Of a DNA stretch of 64,000 bases, positions 1 to 11,083 are shown one piece after another. Each line of letters begins with the position of its first letter. Position 1 is the first letter of the stretch. The stretch is from the IMG/VR virus record IMGVR_UViG_3300031857_000124, positions 4,496 to 68,495 of that record. One strand, given 5' to 3'. Below the pieces are notes generated by a model. It made no database searches. It saw nothing but the letters and a program-made list of their open reading frames with translations, and had not been told where the DNA came from. The stretch is from a virus. A program made the translations under genes and the position numbers.

Positions 1-2337
1 GTTACAAGGGAGGAGGCGCTGACCTATGTGGATGGGTATGGACTTGCCCCTGAAAAACAGAAGTTCACGCACCAGGAGATGCCCGAGAAGTTGAGGATGA
101 TTTACGAGGTTGTGTTCAATAAAAAACACGCTGTAAACAAGGGTAAGTACAAGGAGGTGTCTGACGTAAGGTTAGAGGATATCTACGAGGAGATTGAGTC
201 AAATCAAAAGTACTACGCATCAGAAATTGAGTGGATAAAGCTTCAGATTAAACGCAGGTACGTTGGCTACTGGTGTTTCATTAAGGGAAAACCAACTTAC
301 CTAAACGGTGCGAACTACTTCTTCCTTAATTTTTGGCCGGTGAAAAACTTTGGGAAGAACGGAAACAGGCCAGATTACAGGGACTACCAACGAAAAATGT
401 TCCACTTTTTGATGTACGCGTACACGACACAAGAGGCGTTCTACAAGCACAAAGTGTCTTACAGGGAAGACGGGGTTGTTAAGACAAGGTACTCAAACAA
501 GGACATTAAGGATGTTATTGAGGAGGTGAAAGAGATAAACTCTGAGTACTACGCTGAGCCAAACATAAACATCACTGTTGATATGGGGAGAAGGACGGTG
601 CATGGGACAAACTTTGTCTCTGGGAGGAGGATTGCTAAGACGGCAATATCTTGTTGTTTCTGCACGTGGGGAACACTGAACATGCCTGACCAGACATTTA
701 TCATACAGGCAATGAATGAAGATCAGGCGGTGGATAAGATATTTGTCAAGCAGATACAAACCCCTATAAGCAAGTTGCCGTTTTTCTTCAGGCCGTACTA
801 CAGGGGTAGACTGGAGGCGAAGCAGGGGTTGAGGTTTCAGTACGAAGGTTCGGTGGCCTCTGCCGCAAGGGCTGGGATAATCCCCGAGCAAATGGAGTGC
901 TTCATTACACCCTTACCGTCTACAGAAAAGGCTGCGGATGGTGAGGCAGAGATTGCCTTTGTGTATCGGGATGAGCCCGCAAAAAAAACAGACGCCAAGG
1001 CAGCCGATCAAAACATACCTACGTGGTGGTACAACACCATGAAACCCGCAATAGAACGAGGACAAAACATACGAGGATTTTGCATTATGCCGTCAACCGT
1101 TGGCGATATGGAGAGTGGTGGTGGGGCTCAGTTTTTCGATATTGCCAATGACTCTCACTTCTCTGATAGGAATGAAAACGGAACAACGGCATCCGGTCTT
1201 GTTAACTTCTTCTTGCCTGGATACTATGCTGTTGAGGGATACATAGACGAGTACGGGGCAAGCGTTGTAGACGACCCTGATGAGCCGGTAATGTCTAATG
1301 AGGGGAAGTGGATAACAAAAGGTGCTAAAACCTATTTGCTCAACCAGGCAGAGTACTTCGAGAAAAAGAAGCAGTGGAGTAACTTGATAAAGTTGCAACA
1401 GAACTTTCCCATGACGTGGAAGCAGGCCTTTGCCGTAATCCCTAAGGACATGGGTATGCCGATTGAGAAGATGAGGGATCGAATATCTGAACTCAAGTTT
1501 TCAAAAACCCCTATAACCACACGCGTAAACTTAAAGTGGTTGGGGGAAAAGTTTGGAGGAGATGTTTTTGTTGAGAACGACCCCAAGGGCAAGTGGATAA
1601 TGTCTTACCTACCCCCAATTGATCAAAGGAATTTAAGGACTGTGGTTACCGCGGAAGAGGGTTATGTGCCGCCAAAAAACAGGGGTGTGATTTATGCCCC
1701 CGATCCGTCTGTAATGAATAAATTTTTTCTTGCCTGTGACCCAGTTAAGTTCCACAGGAGGAATACTGTTGGCAAGAAAAAGTCAAACGCAGCCGCCGCA
1801 ATATTTTACAAGAGGGATTCACAAGTAGATCCGGACACGAAACCCAGGTCTGAGTGGGTGTCAAGTGATTGGGTGATGATTTATAACAACCCGGTGGATG
1901 ACAAAGAGGAGTACCACGAGGAGTGGTTAAAGGCCGCAATACTATTTGGGGCGTACGTTTACCCAGAGTGGCCCGATGGAGAATCTATTGTTGAGTACTT
2001 CAGGGATAATGGGTTTGACGGCTATCTTTTGAAGGACATGGGGGCTGATGGGAAGCAGGATTCAAGACCAGGAGTTTGGGCGGGTGTTGCCGAGCAGAAT
2101 GAAATGGCAGGGGATATAATGACCTACTTCCACAACAACGCTAAGTACGTGAAAATATGGGAAATCCTTGAGGAGTGGACACAGATGAGGGGTATAGACG
2201 ACCTGACAAACCATGACCTTTGCGCGGCCACAGGTTGGTGCATGAGGGCGATAAAGAGCAGGATGCCAGACCTTTACAAGGAGGTTTACCAACCCATAGA
2301 GGTCACGGGATCTTTTCAGTCGTTTGATGTTGACTAA
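1..2337 (+). CDS. terL: Terminase large subunit (5'-truncated by the window)
   Basis: Frame open from base 1. Walker A-like SGRRIAKT, Walker B FVYRDE, motif III-like MPST, nuclease ACDP. Lies directly upstream of the portal gene. Confidence 0.9.
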   Translation, partial: VTREEALTYVDGYGLAPEKQKFTHQEMPEKLRMIYEVVFNKKHAVNKGKYKEVSDVRLEDIYEEIESNQKYYASEIEWIKLQIKRRYVGYWCFIKGKPTYLNGANYFFLNFWPVKNFGKNGNRPDYRDYQRKMFHFLMYAYTTQEAFYKHKVSYREDGVVKTRYSNKDIKDVIEEVKEINSEYYAEPNINITVDMGRRTVHGTNFVSGRRIAKTAISCCFCTWGTLNMPDQTFIIQAMNEDQAVDKIFVKQIQTPISKLPFFFRPYYRGRLEAKQGLRFQYEGSVASAARAGIIPEQMECFITPLPSTEKAADGEAEIAFVYRDEPAKKTDAKAADQNIPTWWYNTMKPAIERGQNIRGFCIMPSTVGDMESGGGAQFFDIANDSHFSDRNENGTTASGLVNFFLPGYYAVEGYIDEYGASVVDDPDEPVMSNEGKWITKGAKTYLLNQAEYFEKKKQWSNLIKLQQNFPMTWKQAFAVIPKDMGMPIEKMRDRISELKFSKTPITTRVNLKWLGEKFGGDVFVENDPKGKWIMSYLPPIDQRNLRTVVTAEEGYVPPKNRGVIYAPDPSVMNKFFLACDPVKFHRRNTVGKKKSNAAAAIFYKRDSQVDPDTKPRSEWVSSDWVMIYNNPVDDKEEYHEEWLKAAILFGAYVYPEWPDGESIVEYFRDNGFDGYLLKDMGADGKQDSRPGVWAGVAEQNEMAGDIMTYFHNNAKYVKIWEILEEWTQMRGIDDLTNHDLCAATGWCMRAIKSRMPDLYKEVYQPIEVTGSFQSFDVD

Positions 2338-2368
2338 TTTGTTTTCAACAAATTGCGATAAAATTGCA

Positions 2369-2376
2369 TACATTTG
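2369..2376 (+). promoter_or_regulatory. Bacteroidota -7 promoter element (TACATTTG)
   Basis: Matches TAnnTTTG in the intergenic gap before the portal gene. Confidence 0.65.
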
Positions 2377-2401
2377 CAAGGAATAAATATTTTTGTTACA
2401 T

Positions 2402-4798
2402 ATGCTTCTACCTCAATTAGCTGGAGGGGTACTTTTCCCGAATGACAACATACCCGAGATTGACAAGCTGAAGCCAGACTTCGGTTTGCGTTGCGGGAGG
2501 GCTTTGTATTCTCGCTTTTGCGCGGGAGGAACATATTTTTCCATGGCTCAAATGCCAGAGATGCAGGAGGTCCGTAACTACGGGTCTGGAATGCAGTCCC
2601 CGGAAAAGTACAAGAACTGGTTCTCTAACGGATCCCCGATTGGTAACAAACAGGCGAAGCAGGGCGAGGCCGTTTCTTCCACACGCGGAATGACGAAGGC
2701 TCAAAGAAAGGCAATGGCAAACGTGAGTTACGACATCTTCTCTCCGATGAGAAAGATGACCAACGTTTTGTTGTCAATCCTTTCTGACAACGACTACAAG
2801 GTGGACTGCCTGTCCCTTGATAGATCTATAATAAATGTTAAAAAAACAGAGAAGGCCAAGGTAATCGCCAGAAACTCTGTTGTTAATCCGTTCCTGGAGT
2901 CTTTGGGCCTTAAAAAACTTTCTGTTCCGTTTGTTGCAAATGACCCAGCGACTGTTGAGGTGGCTGAAAGGCTTGGTTTTTTTAAGGCGAGGTATGAGGT
3001 CGCTCTTGAAAAGCTTGCTGAATCTGGTTTTAGGGCATCCAAGTGGCATGACCTAAGAATGAAAACGAACAGGGATGCTGTAGACTATCACTTCCGTGCG
3101 GCAAAGGTTTACAACGACGAGAAAACTGGACAGGTAAAGGTGAAGTACGTTGACCCAGCAAGGATGGTCATGCTGTGGAATGAGGACAACGAAAATGACC
3201 CTGTTGCTATTGGGCATATTGAGGTTGAGACCATTCAGTCTATTTACCCTAAGCTGAAGGAGGCGGGCTTCCCTGATGAACAAATACAGGCAATGGCCAA
3301 GTCATATGTTCCGTATCAAACTGACGTAAGCTCTATACCTGCGTGGGCGTTCGAGAGAAAAGATCCAACCACCAATAAATGGGTGTGGATGGACTTCAAG
3401 GTTTATGTTCTTAAGTTTGAGTACCTGTCAACAGACTACTCTCAATACGTTGAGAGGACTAACAAGCAGGGTGTAAGGACATTCTTAAAGAATAACAAGC
3501 CCGTAGACGAGAAAAAGAAAAGCCAAAGCGATGATTACCATGAGGTTTCATGCAACTATTGGTACGAGGGGTGCTACATAATCTCTGGCACAGGACAAGA
3601 TAAAATATACGATTGGCGCAAGAAGCCAAACCAAATGCAGAGCGGCCTTACGCCTAAGTGCTCCTATGTAATCGATAGGATTCTTGGTCAAAGTCCAACA
3701 AGAAGTGTTAAGGGTCTTCTTGACGATCTCATGTTTGCCGTCCTTAAACTGAGATCAGCAGTTTGGGCTGCTGCTCCGAAGGGATATAGAATAGATATAG
3801 GTGAGTCCGCCAACATTAAGATTGGCGGGGTGGAGTACGATCTTTTTGACTTGATGCACGTTCATCGCCAAAACGGTATTCTTGTTGCGGCAACAAAGTT
3901 TAATGCTGCAACAGGAAAGTATGTATCACAGCCATTGGTTGAAATGGATAACGGCCTTGGTCCACAGGGCCAGGAGTGGCTGAATCAAATAGCCAACATT
4001 CAGCTCATGATTAAGGACGTGCTTGGCATCCCTGATGCGATGGCTGCAAGTCCTGACCAGAGTGCAGAAAGACTTGTTGGTGTTATGGAGGCTGACTACA
4101 TTGCCGGTAACCACGCCAACTGGCCGCTCCGCGAGTCTGAAAGACGGTTTAAGGAGAAGATTGCAGAAAGAATAATTCACCAGGCAAGAATAGACATTCA
4201 ATTTGACAAAAAGATTGAAGAGTTTTATAGAGCCGTCATTGGGGAGAACCTTATAAACGCGCTTGTTGAGATACAGGATTTAACCCTTGATCAGTTAGCA
4301 ATTACCTGCAGGTCTCTTCCTAACGAAAAGGAAAAGAGCATGATCCTTCAGCGGGCAATACAGATGTCTCAAATCCCAACTAAGGATGGGTCTGTGCTGT
4401 TGTCTCCTTCAAGCATTGAAAGGGTTGCACAGATGCTCAAGAACGGGGATGTTGATGAGGCCCTTTGGTTTATGGCTAAGTCAGAGATTGATGCGAAGGC
4501 CCGTGAAGAGGCTCACGCTAAGGAAATGCTGCAGCAAACCATTCAGGGTCAACAGCAGACGGCAATGATGAGCGAGCAGGCAAAACTGCAATCAGCAATG
4601 CAGATGGCAGAAATAGACTTGAAGAAACAGGCACAGCTTTACAACCTTGAGTTAATGAAGGAGAAGGAGCTGCTTAAACTGAAGTCAGAAGACAACTACG
4701 ACCTTCAGCTTTTGAAGGGCGAACAGGTGCTTGAACAGATAAACTTAGAGGCCACACTTGAGTCTCAGTACGGAAACGAAATAACAGGAAGAGTATAA
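2402..4798 (+). CDS. Portal protein
   Basis: About 800 aa after terL, YVDPARM motif, Q/E-rich coiled-coil C-terminus, crAss-like gene order. Confidence 0.85.
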   Translation: MLLPQLAGGVLFPNDNIPEIDKLKPDFGLRCGRALYSRFCAGGTYFSMAQMPEMQEVRNYGSGMQSPEKYKNWFSNGSPIGNKQAKQGEAVSSTRGMTKAQRKAMANVSYDIFSPMRKMTNVLLSILSDNDYKVDCLSLDRSIINVKKTEKAKVIARNSVVNPFLESLGLKKLSVPFVANDPATVEVAERLGFFKARYEVALEKLAESGFRASKWHDLRMKTNRDAVDYHFRAAKVYNDEKTGQVKVKYVDPARMVMLWNEDNENDPVAIGHIEVETIQSIYPKLKEAGFPDEQIQAMAKSYVPYQTDVSSIPAWAFERKDPTTNKWVWMDFKVYVLKFEYLSTDYSQYVERTNKQGVRTFLKNNKPVDEKKKSQSDDYHEVSCNYWYEGCYIISGTGQDKIYDWRKKPNQMQSGLTPKCSYVIDRILGQSPTRSVKGLLDDLMFAVLKLRSAVWAAAPKGYRIDIGESANIKIGGVEYDLFDLMHVHRQNGILVAATKFNAATGKYVSQPLVEMDNGLGPQGQEWLNQIANIQLMIKDVLGIPDAMAASPDQSAERLVGVMEADYIAGNHANWPLRESERRFKEKIAERIIHQARIDIQFDKKIEEFYRAVIGENLINALVEIQDLTLDQLAITCRSLPNEKEKSMILQRAIQMSQIPTKDGSVLLSPSSIERVAQMLKNGDVDEALWFMAKSEIDAKAREEAHAKEMLQQTIQGQQQTAMMSEQAKLQSAMQMAEIDLKKQAQLYNLELMKEKELLKLKSEDNYDLQLLKGEQVLEQINLEATLESQYGNEITGRV

Positions 4799-4802
4799 TC
4801 AA

Positions 4803-5855
4803 ATGGAAACAGCAGAAATGAACAATGAAACCCCGGAGAATTCACAAAATTCAGGGGAAAACCAAGAGCAGAATTTGCCACAGGAGTGGTACAACGTGCT
4901 TGGCTATGAGAGCGAAGATGTTTTTAAACAGGAGTTTGAACAGCTAAAGACTTACAAGTCCTTGGCTGCAGAGCTTGAAGAAAAACAGAAGGATATTGAG
5001 GACGGCTTTGCACTGCTGCAGGAGGCCGAAGATCCTTACGCGGGGAATGAAGAGGCCAGGATGCTTGTCCAATTTTCAAAGAAGGGAATTCCGTCTTCTA
5101 TTTCATCGAAGATGATGTCTTTAGACGCAGAAACGATGATGGAGGATCCGCTGTCAGCGCTAATTGTTGCTGAGGCTGTAAAGAACCCCGAAAAATTCAA
5201 GAAGCTTGGTCAAGAAACAATTGAAGAGGCCGTTCGGGAGAAGTATGGGATTGGGTTTGATGGGGACTACACCCCAACAGCCCTGATGAAATCAGACGCC
5301 CTTGACGCAATTGATGCTATAACAAAAGTAAAAAAAGAGATTGCGGATGCTAAAAATCCGTTTATCTTTGCAAAAGAGTTGAAATCCCAAAACGAAAAAT
5401 CGTTTGCGGATAGGCAGTCGTTAGCGTTTTCAGAAGCCGAAAGCTTCTCAAAACAAATTAAGGATGTGCCGTACAAGTTTGGCGAAAACCAAATATCGCT
5501 GCAAGTTTCGAGCGAAGAGGTTGAAGCCGTCTTGAAGTCGCAATACGCTTCGTACTTGGGTAGGGCCTTTGACGCATCGACAAAGGAGGGTAAACAACAG
5601 GTTAGGGATTGGGTTTCTAACCAAATTCTCGTACATAAGCTTCAGTCCGGGGATATTGGAATCCAAATTCAAAACGCCCTTCAGGCAGGTGCGGAAAAGA
5701 AAGCCGTTCAAACAGTGTTCAACGGTCAGCCAAAGATGGTGAACCGTTCGGGCAAAACAAATGTTGACGCGAAGGGTTTAACGCCAGCACAACGCGACCT
5801 TATGGATCGTGGGCTTCCTATCCCGTCACAACAAATTCAGTCTAACAACAGTTAA
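4803..5855 (+). CDS. Putative scaffolding/capsid assembly protein
   Basis: Acidic, helical 350-aa protein between portal and major capsid genes. Confidence 0.6.
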   Translation: METAEMNNETPENSQNSGENQEQNLPQEWYNVLGYESEDVFKQEFEQLKTYKSLAAELEEKQKDIEDGFALLQEAEDPYAGNEEARMLVQFSKKGIPSSISSKMMSLDAETMMEDPLSALIVAEAVKNPEKFKKLGQETIEEAVREKYGIGFDGDYTPTALMKSDALDAIDAITKVKKEIADAKNPFIFAKELKSQNEKSFADRQSLAFSEAESFSKQIKDVPYKFGENQISLQVSSEEVEAVLKSQYASYLGRAFDASTKEGKQQVRDWVSNQILVHKLQSGDIGIQIQNALQAGAEKKAVQTVFNGQPKMVNRSGKTNVDAKGLTPAQRDLMDRGLPIPSQQIQSNNS

Positions 5856-5869
5856 AAAAATTAAAGAAA

Positions 5870-7294
5870 ATGGGATTTACACCTAATGGAAATATCGCAC
5901 CTTTGTCAGCCCCCGGCGGGATGACCTATGGTGGCATCCAGAACAACTGGGATGCACTCAAAGAAGATTTCGACGCGGTAGCATACCTGCCGTTCGGTGA
6001 TGAGTACTGGGACGCAATGAACCAGATTATGAACGCTATCGGTAACCGCGAAATCGCGAAGCAGCCGACCGTTCGTTGGTTTGAACTCACTCGTCAAGAG
6101 GTTCCTTTCACCGTTGATGAAACTATCACAATTGATTCAACAGACAACCCTGGAACACAAGTTAATTTGGCTGCGGCTGACGTTGTTGTTCTTGATGGTT
6201 CACGCTATGTTTGGGCGACAGTCAATGAGATTTATCGTCACGCACCAAGTGGAGCCCTTGTTCAGGTTGTTGCTAAAGACGCCTCTACTACTCCAGCCAC
6301 TCTCACTTTGCGTCCCCTTGCAGCGTCTTCTACAATCAGTGTAACTACGGGTGATAAGTTCTTCTACGTTGGTGTTTCCGTGAAGGAAAACTCTAGCGCT
6401 CAGGAGGCTAAGTTCACCTTTGATGAGCTGCGTGGAGCAAAGCTTCAGACTATGCGTCACGATGGACTGTCAAGCTCAGAGGCTCTGTACAACCAGCTTT
6501 GGTACACCCAGATTGAGAACGGCGTTCAAACTCCGTACTCAAACTCTCGCGACATCCTGTACCTCCAGCGTGAGCATCAGGTCGCTATGGTGAACACCTT
6601 CCTTGCTGGTGAAACAGACACTAACCTGTCTTCATCTACATCGTTTCAGACTACTAACGGATTGATTCCATCTATCCTCGCTGGTGGCCAGGCACACGAC
6701 GCTGCTGGTTTTGTTGATGCTTCAGACTTCTACACGCTTGAGGCTATGCTTACTTCACAGGACGCATCCATCAAGAATTACATGGTGTGGACAACTGGTA
6801 AAACATCAGCGAACATCGAGCAGGCAATGTTTGAATATAACAAGAACGCTAACATCAGCATCAATAAAGTGCAGATGGAGAAAACGTTCTGGGGCGAAGG
6901 CCAGTACGCTGACCTGATGCGCTCTACTTACTCGTTCAACAACCTTGTTTTCAATAACAAGAACTTTGGACTGGTTCGTATGGGTATTTTCGATAACCCA
7001 CAAACATTCAACGTGGCTGGTTCTAACTGGGCGGATTATGCAATCTTCCTCCCAATGAGCCAGGGCAATGTTGATGACGGTATCGGAAACATGGGTAAGT
7101 ACATTCGTCTGTGTCACAAGCCAGGTGCGTTCATGAATATGTGGCAGACAGGTGGTCGTGCCGCTGCGAACAAGACCGACAAGTGGGAACTCGGTATTCA
7201 CATTGTATCTGAGGTTGCGTTCAAGTTCGTTAACGTGAATAAGTACGGAATGTTCTACAACGCTACAGAGCCAGGCCCAGAGCCAGTAGTGTAA
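5870..7294 (+). CDS. Major capsid protein
   Basis: 474 aa, strongly biased codons, TTNGLI motif, position after scaffold, followed by a terminator. Confidence 0.85.
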   Translation: MGFTPNGNIAPLSAPGGMTYGGIQNNWDALKEDFDAVAYLPFGDEYWDAMNQIMNAIGNREIAKQPTVRWFELTRQEVPFTVDETITIDSTDNPGTQVNLAAADVVVLDGSRYVWATVNEIYRHAPSGALVQVVAKDASTTPATLTLRPLAASSTISVTTGDKFFYVGVSVKENSSAQEAKFTFDELRGAKLQTMRHDGLSSSEALYNQLWYTQIENGVQTPYSNSRDILYLQREHQVAMVNTFLAGETDTNLSSSTSFQTTNGLIPSILAGGQAHDAAGFVDASDFYTLEAMLTSQDASIKNYMVWTTGKTSANIEQAMFEYNKNANISINKVQMEKTFWGEGQYADLMRSTYSFNNLVFNNKNFGLVRMGIFDNPQTFNVAGSNWADYAIFLPMSQGNVDDGIGNMGKYIRLCHKPGAFMNMWQTGGRAAANKTDKWELGIHIVSEVAFKFVNVNKYGMFYNATEPGPEPVV

Positions 7295-7307
7295 TTTGAC
7301 TAAAGAT

Positions 7308-7336
7308 AAAAAGGGGGCAATGTCGCCCCCTTTTTT
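7308..7336 (+). terminator. Intrinsic terminator after the major capsid gene
   Basis: AAAAAGGGGGC-AATGTC-GCCCCCTTTTTT. Confidence 0.85.
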
Positions 7337-7352
7337 AAATCCAATATACGTT

Positions 7353-8297
7353 ATGCTTTTCGATATAAGCACTATGCAACCTGTTTCTATCCCAGATTGG
7401 GCAGAGCAGCAAATGAGGGAGGACTTCCCTGAGTTCTTTAAGGGCAAGCCCGTTAAAATAAGGCTGATCCCTTCAAAGGGCGTAAAAAAAATGATGGTTC
7501 CATCCAACGCCCATGACAGTGAGGCTAGGGTACGACTTGAGGCTCCTAAATCGAACTCAAGAAAGGCCAGAGGAATTGTCATTGATCCGGAGACGGGGGA
7601 ACAGTACCACATTCAGTATTCAACATCTTCCCCCCGACCAGGAAGGAATGGTGTTGAGTTTTTTTACCCTGGCAACAACGTAACTATTTCAGACGGGATG
7701 ACCATCCAGTCTGGACAGAAGGACTTGTTGTTTTATGTCCACTACTTGTGTCCCGTTATCAAGGGGAACAAGTGTCGCTTCCGTTCTTCTGACCCGTGGT
7801 ATGAGTACTACCAGCCAGAGGTAGAGGCTGCGGTTAAGATCAAGCAGGCAAAAGAGCGTGTTGATCTTGAGAAGCTTATTTACTTTGACACCCCGTATGA
7901 CGTCATCCTGAAGGCTATTGATGGATTGGCGATGAAACGCATGGGGAATGAGGAGCGAGATCGTGTGGCATTGCGAGATGCTATTTCTAAGGGTTCAGCC
8001 ACGTTTAAATCGAACGCATTCAGCATTATAAACGCGTCCGTTCAGACTCAAAAGGAAAAAACACAAGAGTCAACGTCTGAGGAATCCGAGGGAGAACTAG
8101 TAAATCGTCTTTTGATGGAAAAAATTATCAAAAATGACGAAGGAAAGTGGTATCTTCGCGACAAAAGAGGTGATGGGGATAAGTGGTTGAAGAATCCGTT
8201 TTACGAGACACAAGGTCAAGTATCAGAGGCGTTCTTCGAGCTTGTTGATCACCTTAAAATAAATAGCGAATTGCTGAATAAACTTAGAAAACAATAA
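7353..8297 (+). CDS. Hypothetical protein of the capsid module
   Basis: Long ORF with ATG after the terminator. Confidence 0.7.
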   Translation: MLFDISTMQPVSIPDWAEQQMREDFPEFFKGKPVKIRLIPSKGVKKMMVPSNAHDSEARVRLEAPKSNSRKARGIVIDPETGEQYHIQYSTSSPRPGRNGVEFFYPGNNVTISDGMTIQSGQKDLLFYVHYLCPVIKGNKCRFRSSDPWYEYYQPEVEAAVKIKQAKERVDLEKLIYFDTPYDVILKAIDGLAMKRMGNEERDRVALRDAISKGSATFKSNAFSIINASVQTQKEKTQESTSEESEGELVNRLLMEKIIKNDEGKWYLRDKRGDGDKWLKNPFYETQGQVSEAFFELVDHLKINSELLNKLRKQ

Positions 8298-8300
8298 AAG

Positions 8301-10328
8301 ATGTTAAGCACCGTATCTCTTACGTTTGAACTGTCGTACACCAACCCCATCACAGGGAATGTTGAGCCTCGCGGTATCGTAACGGACTCAACTGATTACT
8401 CTGGAATTGGTATTAATTTGTCGTCATTTTTGGCGAAGGGACTCGGTGTTATATCTTTTAACGGGGATATAATCGTCGACAAAAATTCTGTTGGCGACCC
8501 GATGATTGATCTTCAAAACTGGGAGTCTCTCCACCCTGGCGAGACCCCAGTTTTTATTTTCCCTCTTGTCCTTGACGGCAATGGGGAGCCAGCCAATGGA
8601 GTTTATTCCTTCCAATACTCTTTGAGACTTCTTTCAAACCCGCTGATCGGCGGTGTTGAAATCTTTGCTGAAATTCCTCCACACGAAGTTGAGACAGACG
8701 GCAGCGAGTGGCTCGTAAACTTCCTTGTGTCGGGCAACACTATAACCCTTGTTACAGGTTCTCCAAACTTAGTTGCTACTGTTGTTTCCGCCTCAGAGGG
8801 CGAGAACGGGGCGCTTATTGTCATTGAAGAGCAGCTTGATGCGGAAGCCCCTCACGAGGATATATCGTTTGACATAACGAATGTTCAGCTGAATAAATCA
8901 TACGTGTTTAAGGGTTGTAAGAAAGCTACTGCAAATGTAGATTTTACATACGATTGCGAGTACGGCGATTCGGGCACATGGGCGGTGGCTAACACTACTC
9001 AACTTGGTTCTAACGACGTTGTATCGAGCCTAAACTGCACGATCACATACCCTGGTTGGACATTTTCGACACCAGGATTTACTCCGACCATCACAACCAC
9101 ATCTCTTCCATATCCAACACTTGAGACTCAAACTCCGTTGGCGACTGGAACGTACACCGTTTCTCTGACAGAGGTTATTGAGACTATTCAAACCGACGGT
9201 CTGATACTTCAGTACAGCACGTCTGTTACGAAGGAGTTTTCAGTAAGCTGTGCGGGAACACTGTGTGGACTTGTTCCATGCATTGAAAACCTGAGAAAGG
9301 CACACGAGTTGGAGCTCAAGTCTAATCGCGTATCTAAGTACCAAGTTTTTGTAGACAATGTTCTTCTGTACTATACAGAGGCTTTGAACTACAAGGCTTG
9401 CGGAGAGCTTGATAAGTACAAGGAGACCATCTCTTTGATAGAGTCTCAACTTGATGCGTCGGGCTGTGAGTGTGCTTGTTGTGATGATGAGACATACTAC
9501 TGGGTGTCAAACAACAGCGGTCAGTCTGTTATCGATCAGCTTCTGGCTAACATACAGTACAAGCTGTTCGATGGAATCCCTGGTGCTACCGAGGATTCAA
9601 CGGCTGGAAACCTTGTTGGGGCAATCAAACAGGACTACAACACTGGTATCGAGTATCGATGCATTGATAACACACCTGGAGCGGCTGTTTGGGTTCTGTA
9701 TTACGACCCTAATGCAAATCCGGCTGCGGAAAACGTATCCTTTTCTGAAAACCCCAACATACCAGGAACCAATGTTCAGGACGTAATAGACAATACTATT
9801 GGGGCTACGCTGTACCTGCAGTCTTTGATAGACATAAACACGTCTCAGATAGCGTCTTTGATCACTGATGTTGGCAGTAAGGTGCAGAGTGTTACTGGAA
9901 CTGTTGTTGATAATACCGATCCTCTCAACCCGATTATTCAGGCTCTGAACTCCGTGGCAACCGACAGCTCGCTTACAGGAAACGGAACCGTTGGGTCACC
10001 CCTAGCGGTTGTTCCAAAGTACTTGTCTGCCGTGTTCAGAATCACTCAAATAGGAAGTTCTGCTCCCACTTTGGACCAGACCCTGTACAATGACACCGGT
10101 CAATCGATTTCATTGGTGAGAAGTGCTCAAGGCGTTTACCGAGTTACAATCGGCGGCCTTGTTGGCCTAACTAAAACAGCGGTGTCCATCTCCAACGGAT
10201 CCGTAAAGGGTCACGTGGCTATCGCTCCTGCTTCTGGATACGCAGTAATATCTACCGGCTCTTTTGCTGGGGTTGCTGCCGACAGTATTTTGGATGATGC
10301 TACCGTAGAGATCAAATTCTATCAATAA
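8301..10328 (+). CDS. Putative virion structural (fibre/decoration-like) protein
   Basis: T/S/G-rich beta regions, Cys cluster, fibre-like VATDSSLTGNGTVGSPL motif. Confidence 0.6.
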   Translation: MLSTVSLTFELSYTNPITGNVEPRGIVTDSTDYSGIGINLSSFLAKGLGVISFNGDIIVDKNSVGDPMIDLQNWESLHPGETPVFIFPLVLDGNGEPANGVYSFQYSLRLLSNPLIGGVEIFAEIPPHEVETDGSEWLVNFLVSGNTITLVTGSPNLVATVVSASEGENGALIVIEEQLDAEAPHEDISFDITNVQLNKSYVFKGCKKATANVDFTYDCEYGDSGTWAVANTTQLGSNDVVSSLNCTITYPGWTFSTPGFTPTITTTSLPYPTLETQTPLATGTYTVSLTEVIETIQTDGLILQYSTSVTKEFSVSCAGTLCGLVPCIENLRKAHELELKSNRVSKYQVFVDNVLLYYTEALNYKACGELDKYKETISLIESQLDASGCECACCDDETYYWVSNNSGQSVIDQLLANIQYKLFDGIPGATEDSTAGNLVGAIKQDYNTGIEYRCIDNTPGAAVWVLYYDPNANPAAENVSFSENPNIPGTNVQDVIDNTIGATLYLQSLIDINTSQIASLITDVGSKVQSVTGTVVDNTDPLNPIIQALNSVATDSSLTGNGTVGSPLAVVPKYLSAVFRITQIGSSAPTLDQTLYNDTGQSISLVRSAQGVYRVTIGGLVGLTKTAVSISNGSVKGHVAIAPASGYAVISTGSFAGVAADSILDDATVEIKFYQ

Positions 10329-11083
10329 TGGTAACCACTCTAGGTCAAATATATGATGAACTGCTTTTCCGTGCGGGTAAGGACCTTCGCGGTGGGTTCA
10401 TCACTCCAGATGACTTCAATAGGGCTATCAAGGTGATAAGCCAAAGGTACCTGAACACGTTAGTGGACAACTTTGAGAAGAGCAGGGAAATATCAAGTGA
10501 CCTTCAGCCGTTTATCAAAACACTTGGTTCTCCTCAGTACCCAGCCATGAGTTTCACGCCTGTGATGCCTGGCAACCACAAAAAGGGAGGGTACGCAGAC
10601 ATTCCTGAGGACATATGGTATGAGGCAGCATCAAGCTACCTTGAACTCATGAACGACGGGTGTTCTACCAGCGAGAACTACAGGTCTGTTGACTTTGTAA
10701 GTCAGCATGACTTTGATGCTAAGATGAGGAACTCCATTACAAGCCCAGTGGATAACCCGGGTGAGAATGACCCGATACTTGTTACAAGGAATAACAAGTA
10801 CTTCTTGTACCCATTCTTAAACAGAATTTCGTTTACATACATTCGTAAACCGAACACTCCGTACTTTGACTATGATTTTATCAATGGGGTCGCTGTATAT
10901 CTCCCGCCGGGATCAACTCACGTAAACAGTTCTGTTGAACCGCAGGGTTCCCCAAGCCTCAGCGTTGAGTTTGAGTACCCTGAGAGCACGGTCGATCACC
11001 TGACAGACATGATTAAAACCTATGTCGGTATCGGTAATGAGAATCAGTGGAATATTCAAACCCAAATGCCTAGCAAGGTATGA
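10328..11083 (+). CDS. Putative tail ring/adaptor protein
   Basis: GFITPDDFN and FTYIRKP motifs, position in the structural operon. Confidence 0.6.
   Translation: MVTTLGQIYDELLFRAGKDLRGGFITPDDFNRAIKVISQRYLNTLVDNFEKSREISSDLQPFIKTLGSPQYPAMSFTPVMPGNHKKGGYADIPEDIWYEAASSYLELMNDGCSTSENYRSVDFVSQHDFDAKMRNSITSPVDNPGENDPILVTRNNKYFLYPFLNRISFTYIRKPNTPYFDYDFINGVAVYLPPGSTHVNSSVEPQGSPSLSVEFEYPESTVDHLTDMIKTYVGIGNENQWNIQTQMPSKV

Noticed and set aside
6806-7612. 268-aa minus ORF and many other antisense ORFs over the structural genes
   Set aside because: They overlap well-supported plus-strand genes and look like shadow frames
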